This document shows positions 60,601 through 64,000 of a DNA stretch of 64,000 bases, piece by piece (position 1 is the first letter of the stretch; every line of letters begins with the position of its first letter). A program made the translations under genes and the position numbers. Source of the DNA: Candidatus Multivorans sp. (lineage in GTDB: Bacteria; Acidobacteriota; Thermoanaerobaculia; Multivoradales; Multivoraceae); assembly GCA_965224025.1 (NCBI GenBank), contig OZ245033.1, forward strand, positions 3,104,001 through 3,168,000, in the 5' to 3' direction. The notes under the pieces are model-generated. The model searched no databases, was not told where the DNA came from, and was given only the letters and a program-made list of their open reading frames with translations.

Positions 60601-61026
60601 CTTGCCGACGGTGGTCCAGGTGGCGAGCGCTGGATGCTGGCTAGCGATCGTCCCGGCGCCCGCGTAGGTCTCCTCGACGGTGCGGTAGCAGGGGAAGCCC
60701 GCGATGGTCCCCTGTACGACCTTGGTCGGGAGTTCGGAGGGGAGGGCCACGAGAACGTAGTCGTCGTCCTCGACGACCCGCATTCCGGCCTGCCGCGCCG
60801 CCTCGATGTCTTCGTCTGTCGCGAGCAGAACGATGTAGCCCTTCTCGTATTCAGACTCCAGCGCTTCGAGCGAGATGACCGCCCTGGCGGCGAGCAGCGG
60901 ATCGTCGAAGTAGGCGCGCACGACCCGTGTGCCGGCGGGCCGGTCGGCCTGCTGGGCCCAGGCGGTGCTGGCGGCCGCCAAAGCCGCCGAGAGGGCGAAG
61001 ACCTTGGCGCGGCGCCGCATGGCCAT
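57688..61026 (-). CDS. Secreted M14 zinc carboxypeptidase with Fn3, poly-Pro linker, Calx-beta, PKD and C-terminal repeat domain
   Basis: Signal peptide from ATG 61026/61020; HARE, NPDG, WRKN, DLNRNF and DVHS motifs; WTAP..NGS.IT.Y.V Fn3; VDYATADG Calx-beta; WDFGEG PKD. Confidence 0.9.
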   Translation of the reverse strand: MAMRRRAKVFALSAALAAASTAWAQQADRPAGTRVVRAYFDDPLLAARAVISLEALESEYEKGYIVLLATDEDIEAARQAGMRVVEDDDYVLVALPSELPTKVVQGTIAGFPCYRTVEETYAGAGTIASQHPALATWTTVGKSWKKVQNPSDGYDLNVLRLTNSATLGTKPALFITTAVHAREYTTVELALRFAEYLVDSYETDADVRWLLDHQEIHIMLQANPDGRKRAEEGLLWRKNHNTNHCPYSWPGIDLNRNFDFEWGEAGASTNECDFTYLGPSAASEPETQAIQTYMATLFPDARGPDDDDATPSDTSGVFLDVHSSGRLILWPWAHVDESAPNGTALQTLGRKLAFFNGHRPLRGYGLYPTSGTTEDYGYGVLGRASFTYELGTRFFQDCSYFKDSILDSNIASLLYAFKVVRAPYLTPAGPDARNLSLSAGASTTGVAAGTAVTLSATFDDTRYENSNGAEPTQTLAAGEYYVDVPPWATGAVANSMSAADGAFDGSSESATATIDTTGLSAGRHTVFVRAKDSDNNWGAVSAIFLFMENAPPSTLSSPTLESGDGKLTVRWTAPNDNGSSITEYRVRYRPGGRASSWSIVSADTSAMHTITGLTNGEPYEVQVRAINAVGGSGWSSPASDTPGRTDPPPPPPPPPPPPPPPPPPPPPPPALSVAPSQALESAGAVMFDVNLSAATGSTVTVDYATADGAGATGASAGSDYTTTSGTLRFPVSSTARQIRVPITDDEEDEAQMETFTLTLRNPINATLTGDGSTLEVVGTIQDDDDPEVVVSFGSSTYEVPEGETVHVTVVLSADAEREVSIPLVRTHRGGASEADYSGVPEQVTFSRGVTSRTFEFAATDDSEEDFGESVVLGFGGLPPGVSGGGAATVSIEDDDTSPMAVIEVSGVECDRELCRALTGEPVALADASTGPATSRRWDFGEGTESRLRSLAHSWSEPGFYEVTLWVSDGTRESTSSRVFLVESSSPAGTCESSAQRRCLQDSRYAVVVDWRKSDGESGPGSVVHEGTNDSGLFTFFNRENWEILVKVLDGCALNGHEWVYGASTTDLGYSIRVTDTVTGTVKEYRNEPGLPAPAITDEKAFAESCEDARAAP
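59020..59088 (-). repeat. (CCR)23 trinucleotide tract encoding 23 consecutive prolines
   Basis: Counted from sequence; lies between the Fn3 and Calx-beta domains. Confidence 0.95.
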
Positions 61027-61028
61027 CC

Positions 61029-61266
61029 TCAGGGCCGGTAGGGCGGAGCGGTCGGACCGAGCTGACTCCGGATCACGCGCTGGGCATTGGCGGCGAACTC
61101 GCAGATCGCGGCTCGGGTTTCGCGCGGATCGATGCTGTCCTGGCCAGTGGCCTCGGCGGTGCGGAACGGCGAGACGAGGCGTGCGCTCGATGCCCTCGGG
61201 GCCGCCCATCTTGCGGCGCAGGTCGCGGCGCCGTTCGAGTTCGTCGATCTCCGGTTTCCAAGTCAT
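61029..61266 (-). pseudogene. Acyl-CoA carboxylase carboxyltransferase remnant with large internal deletion
   Basis: N-terminus MTWKPEIDELERRRDLRRKMGGPEGIER joined out of frame to C-terminus RLVSPFRTAEATGQDSIDPRETRAAICEF...PYRP*. Confidence 0.7.
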
Positions 61267-61419
61267 TCGAAGAACGATTCGATCACAGGCGGCAACCGAC
61301 GGGCTCGGGCGGTTCCCCGGGTCGAATCGTCCTCGGCTTTGTGGCTATGATCACCGCCGGGCCGGACGGTTCGCACGCCCCGACGAACCACGGACTCGAC
61401 AGAGAGGACAGAATCCGAG

Positions 61420-62220
61420 ATGGCTTTCCCCGCCGTGCTGAAGCGGCGTTCGTTCGGTGAAACCCAACGTCAGGACGCCTGGTGGCTGCAGCCGGTCTCC
61501 GTTGTCGCGGGTCTCGGTCTCGCGAGCGCCTACGCAACCTGGGCGGCGCTTCAGGCAGATCACTACGTATACGGCGGCTACCTGTCGCCGCTGTACTCGC
61601 CCGAGGTCTTCGGCCTCTCGCACCATGCCTGGTTCGAGGGCTTCCCGAGCTGGTGGCCGAGCTTCATCCCGCAGTCGCCGGCGCTGTTCATCCTGATCCT
61701 GCCGCTCGGCTTCCGCGCCACCTGCTACTACTACCGCGGGGCGTACTACAAGGCGTTCTGGGCCGATCCGCCGGCCTGCGCGGTCGGCGAGCCGCGCAAC
61801 GCCTACCGGGGCGAGAATTCCTTTCCGCTGATCGTTCAGAACCTCCACCGCTACTTCCTGTACGCGATGATGGCGTGGATCTTCGTTTTCTTCCCGATCG
61901 ACGTGTACCGGGCGTTCGAGTTCGAGACGGCGTCCGGCGGCCACGCCTTCGGCATCGGCGTCGGCAGCTTCGTCCTCCTGATCAACTGGCTGCTGCTCGG
62001 CGGCTACGCGTTGGGATGCCACTCGACGCGCCACGTGATCGGCGGCTTCCGCAACGCGATGGCCGGGCGGCCGTTCCAGAGCGCCTGCTACCGCTGCGTC
62101 TCGTGCCTGAACCGCCGGCACATGGCCTGGGCCTGGTTCAGCTTGATCTGGGTCACGTTCTCCGACATCTACGTCCGGATGTGCTCGATGGGCATCTGGA
62201 CGGACTTGAGACTGGTCTGA
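61420..62220 (+). CDS. Succinate dehydrogenase/fumarate reductase membrane anchor (Rv0249c-like)
   Basis: YLSPLYSP, PLGFRATCYYYRGAYY, PPACAV.EP, FPLIVQNLHRYF and GCHSTRH motifs; TGATG overlap with flavoprotein. Confidence 0.85.
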   Translation: MAFPAVLKRRSFGETQRQDAWWLQPVSVVAGLGLASAYATWAALQADHYVYGGYLSPLYSPEVFGLSHHAWFEGFPSWWPSFIPQSPALFILILPLGFRATCYYYRGAYYKAFWADPPACAVGEPRNAYRGENSFPLIVQNLHRYFLYAMMAWIFVFFPIDVYRAFEFETASGGHAFGIGVGSFVLLINWLLLGGYALGCHSTRHVIGGFRNAMAGRPFQSACYRCVSCLNRRHMAWAWFSLIWVTFSDIYVRMCSMGIWTDLRLV

Positions 62221-64000
62221 TGGAGCAGACACCCTACGAGTACGACGTGCTGGTGGTCGGCGCGGGCGGGGCCGGACTGCGGGCCGCGATCGAAGTCTCG
62301 GCCGCGGGCGCTTCCTGCGGCGTGATCTGCAAGTCCCTGCTCGGCAAGGCGCATACGGTGATGGCCGAGGGCGGCATGGCGGCCGCGATCGGCAACGTGG
62401 ACGAACGGGACGACTGGAAGGTCCACGTCACGGACACCCTGCGGGGCGGCCAGTACCTGAGCAACCCGAAGATGGCCGAGATCCACGCCAGGGAGGCGCC
62501 GGCGAGGGCGCTGGAACTCGAAGCCTGGGGCGCTCTGTTCGACCGCACGAATGACGGCCGCATCCTGCAGCGCAACTTCGGCGGCCACCGCTATCCACGG
62601 CTGGCCCACGTCGGCGATCGGACCGGGCTGGAGATGATCCGGACCCTGCAGGATCACGGCATCCACCACGGCATCGACTTCCACATGGAGTACACGGTCT
62701 TCCGGCTCCTCCTGGACGACGGCCGGATAGCCGGGGCGCTGGCCTACGACCGGGAACGCGGACGGTTCCGCGCCTACAAGGCGAAGGCGGTCGTGATCGC
62801 CACGGGCGGCATCGGACGCGCCTTCAAGATCACCAGCAACAGTTGGGAGTACACCGGCGACGGCCACACCCTGGCCTACGACGCGGGCGCCGACCTGATC
62901 GACATGGAGTTCGTCCAGTTCCACCCGACGGGCATGGTCTGGCCGCCCAGCGTGCGCGGCATCCTGGTGACCGAGGGCGTGCGCGGCGAGGGTGGGATCC
63001 TCCTGAACTCGGACGGCGAGCGCTTCCTGTTCGACGAGATCCCGGCTCTGTACAAGGACCAGACGGCGGACAGTGCCGAGGAGGGCTGGCGCTATGTCGT
63101 CGGCGACCGCGACGCGCGCCGGCCGCCGGAGCTCCTGACCCGGGACCACGTTGCCCGTTGCATCGTGAATCAGATCAAGTCCGGCAAGGGCTCCCCCCAC
63201 GGCGGCGTCTACCTCGACATCGCCTGGATCAAGGAGAAGATCAGTAACTCCGAGGAGCACATCAGGAAGAAGCTGCCGTCGATGTACCACCAGTTCAAGG
63301 AGCTGGCCGGCCTCGACATCACGAAGGAAAGGATGGAGGTCGGCCCGACGACCCACTACGTGATGGGCGGCGTACGGGTCGACGCCGAAAGCCAGATGTC
63401 GTCCGTCCCCGGCCTCTACGCCGCCGGCGAGTGCGCGGCCGGCTTGCACGGCGCGAACCGGCTTGGCGGCAACTCGCTTTCCGACCTGTTGGTGTTCGGC
63501 AAGCGCGCCGGCGAGTACGCGGCGGGGTTTGCCAAGGAGCAGGGCGACGTCCGGCTCGACGAGGCCGCGGTCGACACGGGGATCAGGGAGGCCCTCCAGC
63601 CCCTCGAGCGGGAGGGCGGCGAAGGTCCGTACCAGATCCAGTACGCACTCCAGGACCTGATGCAGGAGAAGGTCGGCATCGTCCGGGTCGAGTCCGAACT
63701 CGAGGAAGCGGTCGAAGAGATCGGGGCGCTGTCCGAACGGGCGCAGGCCGTGTCGGCGCCTGGCAACCGCGAGTACAACCCGGGCTGGCATACCGCTTTG
63801 GACCTGCACAACCTGATGGTCGTTGCCGAGGCCGTGGCGCGGGCCGGCCTGATGCGGCGCGAGAGCCGCGGCGCCCAGTTCCGCGACGACTACCCGCGGA
63901 AGGACGAGCATTTCGGCAAGGTCAACATCCGGGTCGCCAAGGGGCCGGACGGCGAGATGGTGGTTGAAGAGATGCCGGTGGAACCGATGAGCGACGAACT
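62220..64000 (+). CDS. sdhA: Succinate dehydrogenase/fumarate reductase flavoprotein subunit (runs off window end; absent from ORF track)
   Basis: MEQTPYEYDVLVVGAGGAGLRAA, KAHTVMAEGG, QFHPTG, HYVMGG, LHGANRLGGNSL and ESRG motifs translated from 62220. Confidence 0.93.
   Translation, partial: MEQTPYEYDVLVVGAGGAGLRAAIEVSAAGASCGVICKSLLGKAHTVMAEGGMAAAIGNVDERDDWKVHVTDTLRGGQYLSNPKMAEIHAREAPARALELEAWGALFDRTNDGRILQRNFGGHRYPRLAHVGDRTGLEMIRTLQDHGIHHGIDFHMEYTVFRLLLDDGRIAGALAYDRERGRFRAYKAKAVVIATGGIGRAFKITSNSWEYTGDGHTLAYDAGADLIDMEFVQFHPTGMVWPPSVRGILVTEGVRGEGGILLNSDGERFLFDEIPALYKDQTADSAEEGWRYVVGDRDARRPPELLTRDHVARCIVNQIKSGKGSPHGGVYLDIAWIKEKISNSEEHIRKKLPSMYHQFKELAGLDITKERMEVGPTTHYVMGGVRVDAESQMSSVPGLYAAGECAAGLHGANRLGGNSLSDLLVFGKRAGEYAAGFAKEQGDVRLDEAAVDTGIREALQPLEREGGEGPYQIQYALQDLMQEKVGIVRVESELEEAVEEIGALSERAQAVSAPGNREYNPGWHTALDLHNLMVVAEAVARAGLMRRESRGAQFRDDYPRKDEHFGKVNIRVAKGPDGEMVVEEMPVEPMSDE

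Noticed and set aside
57688-61266. 1192-aa ORF as a single protein
   Set aside because: First ~80 codons belong to the carboxyltransferase remnant; the signal peptide begins at 61026/61020

Overview
GC-rich bacterial chromosome segment. The gene families (PSD1/DUF1501, PVC-type haem protein, spondin/Fn3/Calx-beta surface proteins) suggest an Acidobacteriota/Thermoanaerobaculia-like organism, possibly host-associated; this is inference only. From left to right it holds: the 3' end of an alternative complex III (act) operon continuing into an A-type cytochrome c oxidase operon; a GH109-like oxidoreductase, glycosyltransferase, methyltransferase and LLM enzyme; a small accessory islet (truncated ATPase-wHTH, PBECR2-like nuclease, HEPN-CBS protein); a PSD1/DUF1501 pair; and an ammonium transporter. 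A ~19.5 kb anti-phage island (22.7-42.2 kb) follows, built on an XRE-SNF2-DUF3883 helicase, a DUF1156 adenine methyltransferase and a DUF499 ATPase. These core genes carry closely linked, mostly stop/start-overlapping cargo: a retropepsin-like protease plus RNA ligase, an ABC ATPase plus partner, and a MAD3/MAD4-like pair. The rest is housekeeping and surface genes (Tm-1-like, PVC haem protein, AroH, peroxiredoxin, BolA, spondin protein, SPFH/Arc, rpoD, DUF72, MATE, M14 peptidase), an internally deleted carboxyltransferase remnant and the start of a succinate dehydrogenase operon. A 33-bp REP-like palindrome occurs five times, three of them in-frame inside defence genes. No rRNA, tRNA, CRISPR array, integrase or transposase was recognised. 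All family assignments come from motif recognition by eye, not database searches.
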